From contig JBKPCV010000033.1 of the NCBI GenBank assembly GCA_046727575.1, positions 1,006 to 65,005 of the forward strand: a stretch of DNA of 64,000 nucleotides. The letters run 5' to 3'. The notes under the pieces are model-generated. The model was not told the origin of the DNA, did not search any database, and saw only the letters and a program-made list of their open reading frames with translations. Positions 36,517 to 45,984 of the stretch are shown in pieces. The translations under genes and the position numbers were made by a program. This DNA is from Actinomycetota bacterium (GTDB lineage: Bacteria > Actinomycetota > Acidimicrobiia > IMCC26256 > DASPTH01). The first letter of the stretch is position 1. Every line of letters starts with the position of its first letter.

Positions 36517-36564
36517 GGCGCTCCTTCTCGCTCGCAGTCGGGTCGAACATGAAGGGGAAGATGG

Positions 36565-37269
36565 TCAGCTTCGTCGCTTGTCGCGCGCGGTCCGCGGTGC
36601 CGACCGCCGACCGGCACCGCGGTCGGTACCGTCCGGTCTCGCCTCGTCCGTGGTGCCGTCTGATGTCGTGTCGTCGAGGGTGTCGATGAGGTCGGTGAGC
36701 CGTTCCAGGACGTCGCGGGCTTCGGCGAGGTCACCGAAGGATCGGCGGAGCAGCGCCCGAGCCCGCTGGTCGGCGAGCGGTGTGACGCGCTGGGAGAGGT
36801 CGGAGGGCGAGACGTTGGGCCGCTCGCGTTTGTTCTTGGGTGCGGGGGCGGTGCTGGCCGAGTAGGCCAGCAGCTCGCGTTCCCACTGGTGGAGGTTGTC
36901 GGGGGTGCCGAGGATGGCATCGAGGAGCACGATGGGGTCGAGACCCTTGATGCCGGCGTCGGGGGCATGCAGTCCGGCGTCGAACTCCGGTGGTGGGGGG
37001 GTGAAGAAGAACCCGATGGGCAGGTCGAAACCGCGGGAGAGGGCGAGGAGGTCGTCGGCGGAGAACTGCTTGATGCGGTGCAGGGTCCACGCCGAGCGCT
37101 CCAGGGCGGAGAAGCTGGCCCCCGAGAGCTTGACCCCGAGGTAGGGGGCGAGCGCGTCGGCGGCTTGTTCTTGGGTCCAGCCCCGCAGGGCGCGGGCTTT
37201 TGCCACGTTGTAGGCGACGATCTGGTTGGGGGTCATGGTGCGGCGCATCCTGAGTTTGCGTGTGGCCAT
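36565..37269 (-). CDS. XRE-family helix-turn-helix regulator (element repressor-like)
   Basis: IVAYNVAKARALRGWTQEQAADAL...LSGASFSALERS. C-terminal acidic/Thr-rich tail. Confidence 0.75.
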   Translation of the reverse strand: MATRKLRMRRTMTPNQIVAYNVAKARALRGWTQEQAADALAPYLGVKLSGASFSALERSAWTLHRIKQFSADDLLALSRGFDLPIGFFFTPPPPEFDAGLHAPDAGIKGLDPIVLLDAILGTPDNLHQWERELLAYSASTAPAPKNKRERPNVSPSDLSQRVTPLADQRARALLRRSFGDLAEARDVLERLTDLIDTLDDTTSDGTTDEARPDGTDRGAGRRSAPRTARDKRRS

Positions 37270-37404
37270 GCCCCGAAGCCTAGACCAACGGTCCTACAGA
37301 GTCACCTACGCGAGCGTTGGATACATGCTAGTCTTGGTTCTCGTTGAGTACTCGACGAACAGGCGAAAACGACTACGACGGCGGGTCTCCCGGATCTGCT
37401 GACC
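37270..37404. promoter_or_regulatory. divergent intergenic region between the XRE regulator and the excisionase-like gene; visibly AT-richer with TTGnnn/TAnnnT-like hexamers
   Basis: ttggatacatgctagtcttggttctcgttgagtact. Typical position of a genetic-switch region. No operator defined. Confidence 0.3.
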
Positions 37405-37776
37405 GTGGAGGAAGCGGCCCGGATCATCCGCGTGGGCAGAACCAAGGCCTATGCGATGACCCAGGAGTGGCGCGCCACCAACGGCCGCTCGGGCCTGCCG
37501 GTGGTTGACTTCGGCAACGTGCTGCGCGTGCCGCGCAAGGCGCTCGAGCAACTCGTCGGTGCCGAGCTCGCTGCTGTCGCGGCACGAGACGAACCGCGAA
37601 CGTCGCCCGGCCCTTCGCGTCGCGTGCTGGAAGAGGACGCGCCGGTCGACCACGGGACACCGCGTGTTGAGACCGCGGCGTCGACCGGTGCATCACGGGC
37701 GCGCCGCCCGCGACGCCACCGCGCCCAACCCGACACCCAGCTCCATCTCCTCCCCCCTCAACCTCCCGCCACCTAA
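37405..37776 (+). CDS. xis: excisionase-family/MerR-like helix-turn-helix protein
   Basis: VEEAARIIRVGRTKAYAMTQEWRATNGRSGLPVVDFGNVLRVPRKALEQL. Start may lie a few codons upstream (no canonical codon there). Confidence 0.65.
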   Translation: MEEAARIIRVGRTKAYAMTQEWRATNGRSGLPVVDFGNVLRVPRKALEQLVGAELAAVAARDEPRTSPGPSRRVLEEDAPVDHGTPRVETAASTGASRARRPRRHRAQPDTQLHLLPPQPPAT

Positions 37777-37854
37777 CCCACCGCGCGCACACACCCCCCT
37801 CATGCCTCTCCTCGCCGCTCGGTCCCCATCCCACTCGTCAACGGCAGGCACTTG

Positions 37855-37871
37855 CCACCCCTGCGGGGTGG
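37855..37871 (+). other. perfect hairpin CCACCCC-TGC-GGGGTGG 22 nt upstream of the relaxase start; candidate oriT element
   Basis: Seen directly. MobF oriT sites usually lie just upstream of the relaxase gene. No nic consensus recognised. Confidence 0.25.
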
Positions 37872-37893
37872 CGCGCACGGGAGTGATCGCGTC

Positions 37894-40800
37894 GTGTTGA
37901 CGATCACGAAGCTCGCGGGTGCCGAGTACCTGATCTCGTCGGTGGCAGACGGGATGGAGGACTACTACATGGGCGCCGGTGAAGCGCCCGGCGTTTGGCG
38001 CGGACAATGGTCGGCCGCGCTTGGTCTGGAGGGCGTGGTCGAGGCCGAGGCGCTGCGCGTACTCGTCAACGGTCACCATCCCCGCAGCGGCGAGGACCTG
38101 TTGGTAGGTGATCGGGAACGCAGCGTGCGGGCGATCGACGTGACGTTGTCGGTGCCGAAGTCGGTGTCGCTGCTGTGGGCGTTCGGCACCCCGGAGACCG
38201 CGGCGACGGTGTCGATCGCGGTGGTCGAGGCCACCGAGACGGCACTCGAGTTTCTGGAGGGGCGCGCCGCGGTGGCGCGCCGTCAGCAGGGCGGGATCCG
38301 CCGCCGCGTCGCCACCGGCGGGTTCGCGGTGGCGACGTTCGCGCATCGTACCTCCCGCGCCGGGGATCCGCAGTTGCACACGCATTGTCTGATCCCGAAT
38401 GTGCTGCGCCGCGAGGACGGCAAGCACGTGGCCTTTGACGCCAACCCGTTGCACACCTGGGCCAAAGCCACCGGCACGGTGTTCTTGAATGAGCTCGAAC
38501 GTCTCGTCACCGAACGGCTGGGGGTGGCCTGGGGTCCGGATCGCAATGGCAGCCGGGAACTAGTCGGCTTCACCCGCGCGCAGCTGCGCGCGTTCTCCAA
38601 ACGCACTGTGGCGATCGAGGCGCGTCTGGAGGCCGACGGCGAGCTCGCCTTCCCCACCCGACGGGAGCGGATGCGCGCCGACGAGCGAGCCTCGTTGGCG
38701 ACGCGCCCGCGCAAGAACCCAGCCCTCACCCCGGAACGACTGCGCGACCGCTGGAACACCGAAGCCCGAGCCGTCGGCCTCGACCCGGGCACAGGGGTCG
38801 ATGACCTCGTGGTCGGCCGTGAACTCGCGGCGCTACCGGTGTTGGATGATGCCGTCCTGTTCGCCGCCCTCGTCGACGCCGCGGCTGGGTTGTGCGCGAC
38901 CGAGTCCCGGTTCGGTGAAGCCCACGTGATCGAACGGATCGCGGCGATGTCGGGTGGGCGGCTCACGGTGGAGGAGATCGTCGATGTCTCGGCGCGGTTC
39001 TTGGCATCCGAGCTTGTGGTGCGCCTGGTTCCCGACGCGGCTCGGCGCCGTCCCGCCGAGTGGTCCACCGTCGAGCACCGCGCGCTCGAGGACCACCTCC
39101 TCGCCGACCTCCACCAGCTGACAGCAACCCCGGGGCGGTCGGTGGATCCGAGTGTCGTGGGGGCAGCGATCGCGACCGAACCCCGACAGTTGGGCGACGA
39201 TCAGGCCGACGCGGTGCGCGCGCTGTGCGGGGACGGCGCCGCGATACGCGTGTTGACAGCGCCGGCCGGGTTCGGCAAGACCACCGCCCTGCACGCCGCC
39301 GCCACGGCACAGCACCACTCCGGCCGCGACGTGATCGTGCTGGCGACAACCCACAAAGCCGTCGGTGAGCTCCGCGCCGTGGGCCTTGACGCCCAGACCA
39401 TCGCCGGCTTCCTCACACACCTGGAGGACGAGCCGATACCAGCTGGCACGACGGTGATCGTGGACGAGGTGTCACAACTCGGCACCCGCCAAGCCGCCAC
39501 GCTCCTCCACTTTGTCGCGCGATGTCCGGGTGTGCAGCTGTGGTGTGTCGGGGACGCACAGCAAGCCCAGTCCGTCGCCGCCGGTGGCCTCATCACCCAA
39601 CTCGAACAGCTCGCGCGGCAGGGGGTGATCCAGGCTGAGACGTTGACCGAGAACCGCCGCCAACAGCACCCGGCCGAACGAGACGCGCTCGCCCACCTGC
39701 GCGCTGGCGACGTCAATGCCAGTCAACAGCTGCGCGCTGCGCACGGCTGGGAACACCAACACGAGACAGTCGCCCAGACTCGCGACGCGCTCGCCGCAGC
39801 CGCGATCGCGGCCAGCGACTCCCTCGGGGTCGATCACGTCGCGGTGCTCGCGGTCAGCCACACCGACTGCGAAGACCTCACCGACCGCATCCGCGCCCTC
39901 CGCACAGCCCGCGGCGAACTCAGCGGCCCCACCATCACCGGGCCTGGATGGGGCCCCGACCCGCGCGTCTACGCGGCCGGTGACCGCATCCTCATCCACA
40001 CCAACCTCGACCCACACTCTGGCGTACGCAACGGCGCCACGGGTACCGTTGTCTCCGTCACTTCCGCCGGCGCGCAGGTCTTCCTCGACGACGCCCGGCC
40101 CGCCTTCCTCGCCGCCGAAGTGGTCGCCGGGTTCCGAGCTGACGGCACCCCCAACGTGTCACACGCGTGGGCGCGCACGGTGGACGGCGCTCATGGTGGC
40201 ACGTGGCATCAGGTCCACCTCCTCGGCACCCCCGCGCTGGATCGTTACACGGGCTACGTCGGCCAGAGTCGCGGCCGCCAGCCGACCCATACTTGGAACA
40301 CCCGACCCGAGTCTGACCACCCGGCAAGTCTTGTGGCCGACCAGCGCTCACCGAGTGAGGTCGTCGCCGACGCGATGCGTCGCGCCGACCGGAAGACACT
40401 CGCGGCGAACGATGACCCCTGGACCCTCGACCGGCGCTTGCGGGCCGAACGCGACCAGCACGCCGCGATCGTCACCCAACGACCGTCGGACCGACGTGCT
40501 GATCTCGATCAGGCGCGCGACCAACTCCGACGCGCCGAGAGCGAACACCAGTTCGCGTGCGACGGGCTTGCGTACTGGGAGGCCGAACGGGACCGGTTCG
40601 GGCCACTCGCACGGTTGCGGCGGGCCAGCCGCGACGACATCAGCCGCGCGAACCAAGCCGTCGCGGGCGCGCATCGTCGCCTCACCCGCGTCACCGAAGC
40701 CCTCCACGACGCACAAGCCGAGGTCTCGCGCTATGAAGCGGCGGCCGGCGCACGTGGCGCGTGGGACCACGAGCACGCCTGGCGCGTCGACCGTATTGGT

Positions 40801-41667
40801 GAGATCGACGACACCCTCGCCCATCACTGGGCCGACGTCGTCCTACGCGCGGCGCGCGCGGATGACCCGCTCGCGTTCGGCATCCGATGTCTCCGCGACG
40901 CCTGCGCCACCCACCGAGGCGACCTCACCGACCTGCAGCGATCCCTGCCACCCGACCAGCGCCGCGCCCTCGCTCAGGTCCAGGCCGACCTCGCGCGCGC
41001 CCAGCAGCGCGTGGATGACCTCCAAGCGCGCGTCACCGGCGCCAGGTCTGCCGTCGACCAAGCGAAACAACGTCGCTGGGGACGACGCGACCACATCGCC
41101 ATCGCGCACGCCACCGCCGGACTCCACACCGCCAGCACCGCACTCACAGCTGCCCGCGACGCTGCCGCCGCGGCCGCCCGCCGCGTCACCGACGAACAAC
41201 ACGCGGTCGAGGCGCGCCGCGAAGCCACCACCCGCACTGCCGCCGCGCGCGCCCATCTCACCGCGGCAGTCCGCGACCTCGACCTCGCCCTCGACCACAC
41301 CCGCCCCCACCGCATCGCAGCCGCCGTCACCGACCCCACCAGTCACCTGTGGCAGGCGCTCGGTCCGCCACCCACTACCCGCGGCGGACTCGCCGCCTGG
41401 TGCGGCGTCGCCGAACAACTCGAAACCCGCAACGACCGGAACACGACCGCGCGGAGCGCTGCGCGCGCGATGAGATCGCACGGTGCACACGTCCAACTCC
41501 TCCACCACGCGCGGACAGTCGTCGAAGCCGCCAGCAGCCACGACCCCACACCGGCCCGCGACCCGCTCGGAGAGCACGCCCGGTGGCAACCCACCCTCGA
41601 GACCGTCAAGCGCGACCTGCGCCTCGATGGCCCCGAGCTCCAGCCCGACCTCGGCCTCGAGCTGTAA
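37894..41667 (+). CDS. MobF-family conjugative relaxase (TrwC/TraA-like) fused to a RecD-like helicase, with a long Ala/Arg-rich coiled-coil tail
   Basis: ORF 37852..41667, GTG 37894. AEYLISSVADGMEDYYMGAGEAPGVWRG; DVTLSVPKSVSLLW; HRTSRAGDPQLHTHCLIPNV; P-loop LTAPAGFGKTT; VIVDEVSQLG. Confidence 0.9.
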   Translation: MLTITKLAGAEYLISSVADGMEDYYMGAGEAPGVWRGQWSAALGLEGVVEAEALRVLVNGHHPRSGEDLLVGDRERSVRAIDVTLSVPKSVSLLWAFGTPETAATVSIAVVEATETALEFLEGRAAVARRQQGGIRRRVATGGFAVATFAHRTSRAGDPQLHTHCLIPNVLRREDGKHVAFDANPLHTWAKATGTVFLNELERLVTERLGVAWGPDRNGSRELVGFTRAQLRAFSKRTVAIEARLEADGELAFPTRRERMRADERASLATRPRKNPALTPERLRDRWNTEARAVGLDPGTGVDDLVVGRELAALPVLDDAVLFAALVDAAAGLCATESRFGEAHVIERIAAMSGGRLTVEEIVDVSARFLASELVVRLVPDAARRRPAEWSTVEHRALEDHLLADLHQLTATPGRSVDPSVVGAAIATEPRQLGDDQADAVRALCGDGAAIRVLTAPAGFGKTTALHAAATAQHHSGRDVIVLATTHKAVGELRAVGLDAQTIAGFLTHLEDEPIPAGTTVIVDEVSQLGTRQAATLLHFVARCPGVQLWCVGDAQQAQSVAAGGLITQLEQLARQGVIQAETLTENRRQQHPAERDALAHLRAGDVNASQQLRAAHGWEHQHETVAQTRDALAAAAIAASDSLGVDHVAVLAVSHTDCEDLTDRIRALRTARGELSGPTITGPGWGPDPRVYAAGDRILIHTNLDPHSGVRNGATGTVVSVTSAGAQVFLDDARPAFLAAEVVAGFRADGTPNVSHAWARTVDGAHGGTWHQVHLLGTPALDRYTGYVGQSRGRQPTHTWNTRPESDHPASLVADQRSPSEVVADAMRRADRKTLAANDDPWTLDRRLRAERDQHAAIVTQRPSDRRADLDQARDQLRRAESEHQFACDGLAYWEAERDRFGPLARLRRASRDDISRANQAVAGAHRRLTRVTEALHDAQAEVSRYEAAAGARGAWDHEHAWRVDRIGEIDDTLAHHWADVVLRAARADDPLAFGIRCLRDACATHRGDLTDLQRSLPPDQRRALAQVQADLARAQQRVDDLQARVTGARSAVDQAKQRRWGRRDHIAIAHATAGLHTASTALTAARDAAAAAARRVTDEQHAVEARREATTRTAAARAHLTAAVRDLDLALDHTRPHRIAAAVTDPTSHLWQALGPPPTTRGGLAAWCGVAEQLETRNDRNTTARSAARAMRSHGAHVQLLHHARTVVEAASSHDPTPARDPLGEHARWQPTLETVKRDLRLDGPELQPDLGLEL

Positions 41668-41997
41668 ACACCAAGCGCTGCATAACGCCCAATACACGGG
41701 TGATCTTTCGGACATCCGCGACACGTTTGGGCTGGGCTGGGAGCGTGTGTGCGCGGCGCTGCCGCGTGTTCCGGCGCGGCGTTCTGTGCGCGTCCGCGAG
41801 CTGACGATCGGATGGGTGCTTCAGTGCCGTTAAAGCGCGCCTTCTCTCAGCCAGGGAGTCCTGCCTCTTCTCAATTCTGGCGTGGCGTTCGTACGCGTAA
41901 TCGAATCTCCCCGGCACAGCCGATCCCTGATCGCGCGACGTTGACGAGGCGTCATACCACTGGCGACGAGATCGCCCGGTGCCGATAATCGAGCCCT

Positions 41998-42858
41998 GTG
42001 TTCGCCTTCCCGCGTCCGACTGGGCCGCATGCGATTGGCACGGTGACGTATCACTGGGTGGATGCCGATCGTCGCGAAGTGTTCAGCGCAGATCCGGATG
42101 ATCGTCGTGAGCTGATCGTGCAGGTCTGGTATCCCGCCAGGGACTTGCCTTCGTCGCCGCGCGCTGCTTACATGCCGGACGCCGACGTCGTGGCTCCGGC
42201 ACTGGCGCGCTTCCTCGGCGTACCGGAATCCACTTTCGGTCTCCTCAAGGACGTCCGCACGAACGCCGTCGCGTCTGCGCCCGTCGCAGACGACGATCAG
42301 CTCTACCCGGTGCTGATCATGCGGTTGGGGCTCAAGGGCAGCTACCGCCAGGTGCAGACGTTTCAGGTGGAGGAGTTGGTCTCGCACGGCTATGTCGTCG
42401 CCGCCATCGATCAGCCGTACGCCGCCGCGATGGTCGTGTTTCCGGATGGCCGCCAGGCGGCCTACGACGAGCATTGGGACCCACCGCACAGCGCGTTCAT
42501 GGACGCGCACATTCCGTATATCGCGGCCGATGCGATATTCACGCTCGATGAGCTCGCCGCCGTCGATCGCTCCGATCCGCACGGCGTGTTGACCGGGCGG
42601 CTTGATCTCGAGCGTGCCGGCACCTTTGCGACGCCGCCTCGACGTGGAGTGAGCCACGTTGCGGGCGCGCTCTGCTCGGCTCTATGCCTGCTCGACGTGC
42701 GCGAGAACGCAAGTCCGGTCACGATCATTCTTGGGGGCGCGGTGGTCGATCCGGCCACCGGCGCTGTAATAGCGAGATTGCAGCCGGGCCCGGTGCCCGG
42801 GATGTGCTCGCCCGCCATCGCGTCGGCGCGCCAGAACGATTGGGCGTGGCGCCCATGA
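41998..42858 (+). pseudogene. PAF-acetylhydrolase-like lipase, N-terminal half only
   Basis: FPRPTGPHAIGTVTYHWVD...LIVQVWYPA...YPVLIM...ELVSHGYVVAAIDQPY...GRLDLERAG, then no GHSxG elbow. The frame continues as non-homologous sequence to 42858. Confidence 0.55.
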
Positions 42859-42865
42859 CGGCAGA

Positions 42866-43400
42866 TCAGGGCCGGCGTGATTCGAAGCGCACCTCGGGGA
42901 ATTGTGGTGATGGGCCGGCGAGCAGCGGTGCTGGCCGGCCGCGCAATGCCCGGTCGAAGAAGGCCACTGAATAGGTGTTGATGATGCGGTGCGCGCGATC
43001 CGCGCCGATCGGTCCGGTGAAGCCCGGCCAGGAGACCAGCGCCGAGAGGAATGGAGCATCGGTCATGTCGAGGTGGAACATGCCGGGCAGCTCCACGTAG
43101 TAACCGTCTCCCGGTAGGCGCTGATACACCGCCCGCATCGTGTCCAGAGTTTCTCGAATGTCTGCCTCTGACCAACCGCCGGCAGTGCGGCGTTCGAGCC
43201 GCATGCTGTCGGCGTCACGGGCAATGAACATCGTCGGCTGCTGCAAGCCACCACGAACCACGTCCGCCGGCATGAAGGCTTCCTCCAGCAACCCCGCACG
43301 CAGACGCGGGTCGAGGCGGCAAGCCTCACCCCCCACGATGGCGCCGAGCGAATGACCAACGAGGCCGGCCCGCGACGCGCCAGAACGCGCGCTCAAGATC
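42866..43400 (-). pseudogene. PAF-acetylhydrolase-like lipase, C-terminal half only, convergent with the N-terminal fragment
   Basis: RAGLVGHSLGAIVGGEACRLDPRLRAGLL...MFIARDADS...LPGMFHLDMTD...AFFDRAL. No credible upstream N-terminal sequence. A DLERA string sits one frame off just upstream. Confidence 0.55.
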
Positions 43401-43529
43401 GCGGTCCTCACCCTCCCACCGGACGCGCCATATCGGCACGTCGATGTGCCGTCTATCCGTGCTCGCCGTTCTAGCGGTTGATGACGGCCTGTGATCTCCA
43501 GGCGCGGTGTCGCTTGACCTGATGTGATC

Positions 43530-44073
43530 TCAGGTCGTGGTGATGAAGGCGACGACTTGTTCGATCGTGGGGTTGTAGCCGGCGGTGGTGTCGACGTCCA
43601 TCGTCGGTGCGGCGATGGTGAGTCGGCGAAACTGTTCGAAGTATCGGTCGCCGGATGCGAACACCTGCAGGAGCGCATGGTCGGCGTGAGCGGATCTCGA
43701 GGTCGCCCGCGCAGAGATCCGTTGCCACGCGGTGGCCGGGTCGGTGTGACATTGCACGAGGCGAAGCGAGCCGAGTGCGGTGAGCGGGGCGAGGTCCGCT
43801 CTCCAGACCTCGTCCTGACGGGCCGCTTCCGCGACGACGGTGACGCCGCGCTCGGGCAACAGGTGCAACAGCTCAAAGAACACCGCGAGCGCGCGTTGGG
43901 TGAGCACATCTCCAGGTGTCGGGTCGTGAACCGTTGGCTCGGTGGGCCATTCCTCCCTTGATCTCGTCGCGACAGATCGACGGGCACGCCAGCAACCGAG
44001 GCGGTTCATGCGCCAGGGTCGTCTTGCCGCAGCCGGCCGGACCGCTGACGACCACCAGGGTCGGGGAAGTCAC
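43530..44073 (-). pseudogene. P-loop kinase/AAA-type ATPase (zeta-toxin/AAA_33-like), single frameshift
   Basis: Frame 1 (ORF 43873..44253) gives VTSPTLVVVSGPAGCGKTTLAHE...ICRDEIKGGMAH. Frame 2 (ORF 43530..44009) gives EPTVHDPTPGDVLTQRAL...GVTVVAEAARQDEVWR. The switch is at the ccc-acc run around 43940-43950. Confidence 0.6.
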
Positions 44074-44165
44074 ACCACATCCTGCCAGGACCACCCCGAC
44101 GGCCGGCTCAGGAGCGCTGAGGAATGCCGCGTCGACCGTGACGCAACAGGCGTAATACTCGTCGC

Positions 44166-44727
44166 ATGGTGCGAGTGGTGGTGGTCGGACCGCCCGGGTC
44201 AGGCAAGACGACGGTCGCCAACTCTCTTGGCTCGTCGACTCGGCGTGGCACACATCGAACTCGACGCGTTGTGGTGGGAGCCCGACTGGACCGAGGCGGG
44301 ACCGGAGTTATTCCAGGCTCGTCTGCGCAGGGTGGTCGCAGCCGACTCGTGGGTCCTCGACGGCAACTACTTCTCCGTCGGCGCACGCGAGATGGTCTGG
44401 CCGAGGGCGGACACCATCATCTGGCTCGACCAGGCGCGCTGGGTCACCGTCGCACGGGTCCTGCGTCGCACGATCGTCCGCGCGCTGCGCGGCACCGAGC
44501 TGTGGTCGGGCAACCGAGAGTCGCTCAGCAGCGCGTTTCGTCCCGACTCGATCGTCCGCTACGCATGGAAGGAACACCCCAAGTACAACCTCCGCTACCA
44601 AGGCCTGGCTGACGACGAAGAGTTCGCCCATCTCGAATGGGTGCGCCTCCGCTCACCGAGCGAAGTCCGCCGCTGGATCGCCTCGCTTGCGACGGGCAGA
44701 GCAGTCCAGCTCAAAGCTTGGGCCTGA
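44166..44727 (+). pseudogene. adenylate-kinase-like P-loop NTPase (topology-modulation FlaR-like), single frameshift
   Basis: MVRVVVVGPPGSGKTTVANSL (ORF 44166..), then ARRLGVAHIELDALWWEPDWT...VLDGNY...ADTIIWLD in ORF 43942..44727. The extra base is near 44227-44232 (cttggctcg). Confidence 0.6.
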
Positions 44728-45265
44728 TGCGAGTCCGCACGGTCTCGGCGCCCGTCGATGTCACGGCGGTGCAACGCCTGGCCAGCCGCTTGTGGCCGGT
44801 GGGTTGGCACCCCGGTGGTCTCGGCTGGGCGCTGGCGCGCGGTCGCCTCGCGGACGAGGTCGTGCTGTTCGAAGGAACGGGTGGTGTCGTGGGGTGGGCG
44901 GCGCGCAGCGGGGTCCACGAATCCGGTGAGCTACTGGCCCAGGTCGACCCCTCGCATCTCGAGGTCGCCGAGGCGATCGCCGAGTGGCTCGTCAAGACCG
45001 CACCCGGAACCCGCCTGTCGATCGAGGTCTACGACGGCGACACGACCCTCACCGCGGCACTACGTCGCGTGGGCTTTGCCGCGAACACCGGGGCGCGGGT
45101 TGTCGGCATGTTTCGCACCGCCGACGAGACCGAGCCGATCACCCCCGCCCGCTACACCATCCGCGCGGTTCGCGCCGAGGAGTTCCCCGCACGGGTCGCC
45201 GTCCACCGCGCCGCCTGGAAGCCAGCGTCGCTGCCCTGGCGCGACGGACGCCACGTCGATCCGGA
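44727..45265 (+). pseudogene. GNAT-type acetyltransferase, N-terminal part only
   Basis: MRVRTVSAPVDVTAVQRLASRLWPVGWHPGGLGWALARG...VHRAAWKPASLPWRDGRHVDPDA, then the frame becomes Pro/Ser/Thr/Arg junk. The expected second half is not found in any frame. Confidence 0.5.
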
Positions 45266-45453
45266 TGCCCGGAGCCCCTGGCCGTCGCCCGCCTCGACAA
45301 CGACGACCTCGCCGACCTGCTGGCCGACGGTCACTGGTACTGGCTGGACTCGACGCGCTGCCGGGCGACCGGCAGGCTCGAGATGGGCCACGCCACGATC
45401 AGTGAGCTGTCGCTGGTGCGAGCGTCGGCGAACCTCAACACTCGGCCGGTCAA

Positions 45454-45816
45454 GTGGTCCCGCACCGACCTCGTCGGGACTCGGGCAGTCAGCCCTTCGG
45501 GCTGCCGTTGAACTGGCGGAGCACCTGGGACCGCGCCCACGAGCGCATGGCGTCCGACGCCCGCAAGTACCAGCGCGCCGACCGTCTCACGATCCTCGAC
45601 CTCGACCCGCTTGGCACCGTCGATGAACTGCTCACCGACCCGGCGTACGCCCGCCGCGTGCTCGCCCGCTCGGCACCAGCACCAGCACCAGCCCCAGCCC
45701 CGGCACCGACGCCGGTCCCGGCAGCTCCGACGCAGGTCCGCACCGTCCGCTACCACGGCCGGTGGCTGGACGAGCGTCAGTCGGACGCGGTCCTCGACCT
45801 GCTAGACGGCTTCTGA
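45454..45816 (+). CDS. hypothetical ORF with (Ala-Pro)n linker; may be part of a frameshifted larger gene starting around 45270 in another frame
   Basis: LNWRSTWDRAHERMASDARKYQRADRLTILDLDPLGTVDELL...VRYHGRWLDERQSDAVLDLLDGF. The upstream frame reads LAVARLDNDDLADLLADGHWYWLD...KWSRTDLVG. No family recognised. Confidence 0.3.
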   Translation: MVPHRPRRDSGSQPFGLPLNWRSTWDRAHERMASDARKYQRADRLTILDLDPLGTVDELLTDPAYARRVLARSAPAPAPAPAPAPTPVPAAPTQVRTVRYHGRWLDERQSDAVLDLLDGF

Positions 45817-45984
45817 GACAGACGGCTATCAGCCCGCGGTCGTCACGCGACGCGACGCGGCACGACGGTCACGCCCAGCCAGCCCCGGCTCCACTCCACC
45901 CCACGCCGGTCAACCTCTTCAAAACCCGTGCGCGCCACTACAGATCAGGCAGTTCGGGCGCTTAGCGGCGGCGCGCGTTGACGA

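Noticed and set aside
41830-41960. Small minus-strand ORF MTPRQRRAIRDRLCRGDSITRTNATPELRRGRTPWLREGAL, possibly an IS30-like HTH stub downstream of the relaxase.
   Set aside because: The similarity is vague, the ORF is very short, and there is no transposase body.
43401-43529. Repeated tgtgatctc motif (two copies ~35 bp apart) between the lipase fragment and the kinase pseudogene.
   Set aside because: It is only 9 bp with two copies and no symmetry or context, which is compatible with chance.
45670-45720. Short hexanucleotide run (gcacca)3(gcccca)2 encoding APAPAPAPAP.
   Set aside because: It is a simple microsatellite or linker-coding tract. It has no spacer-repeat structure and is not a CRISPR array. 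No CRISPR-like array was seen anywhere in the window.
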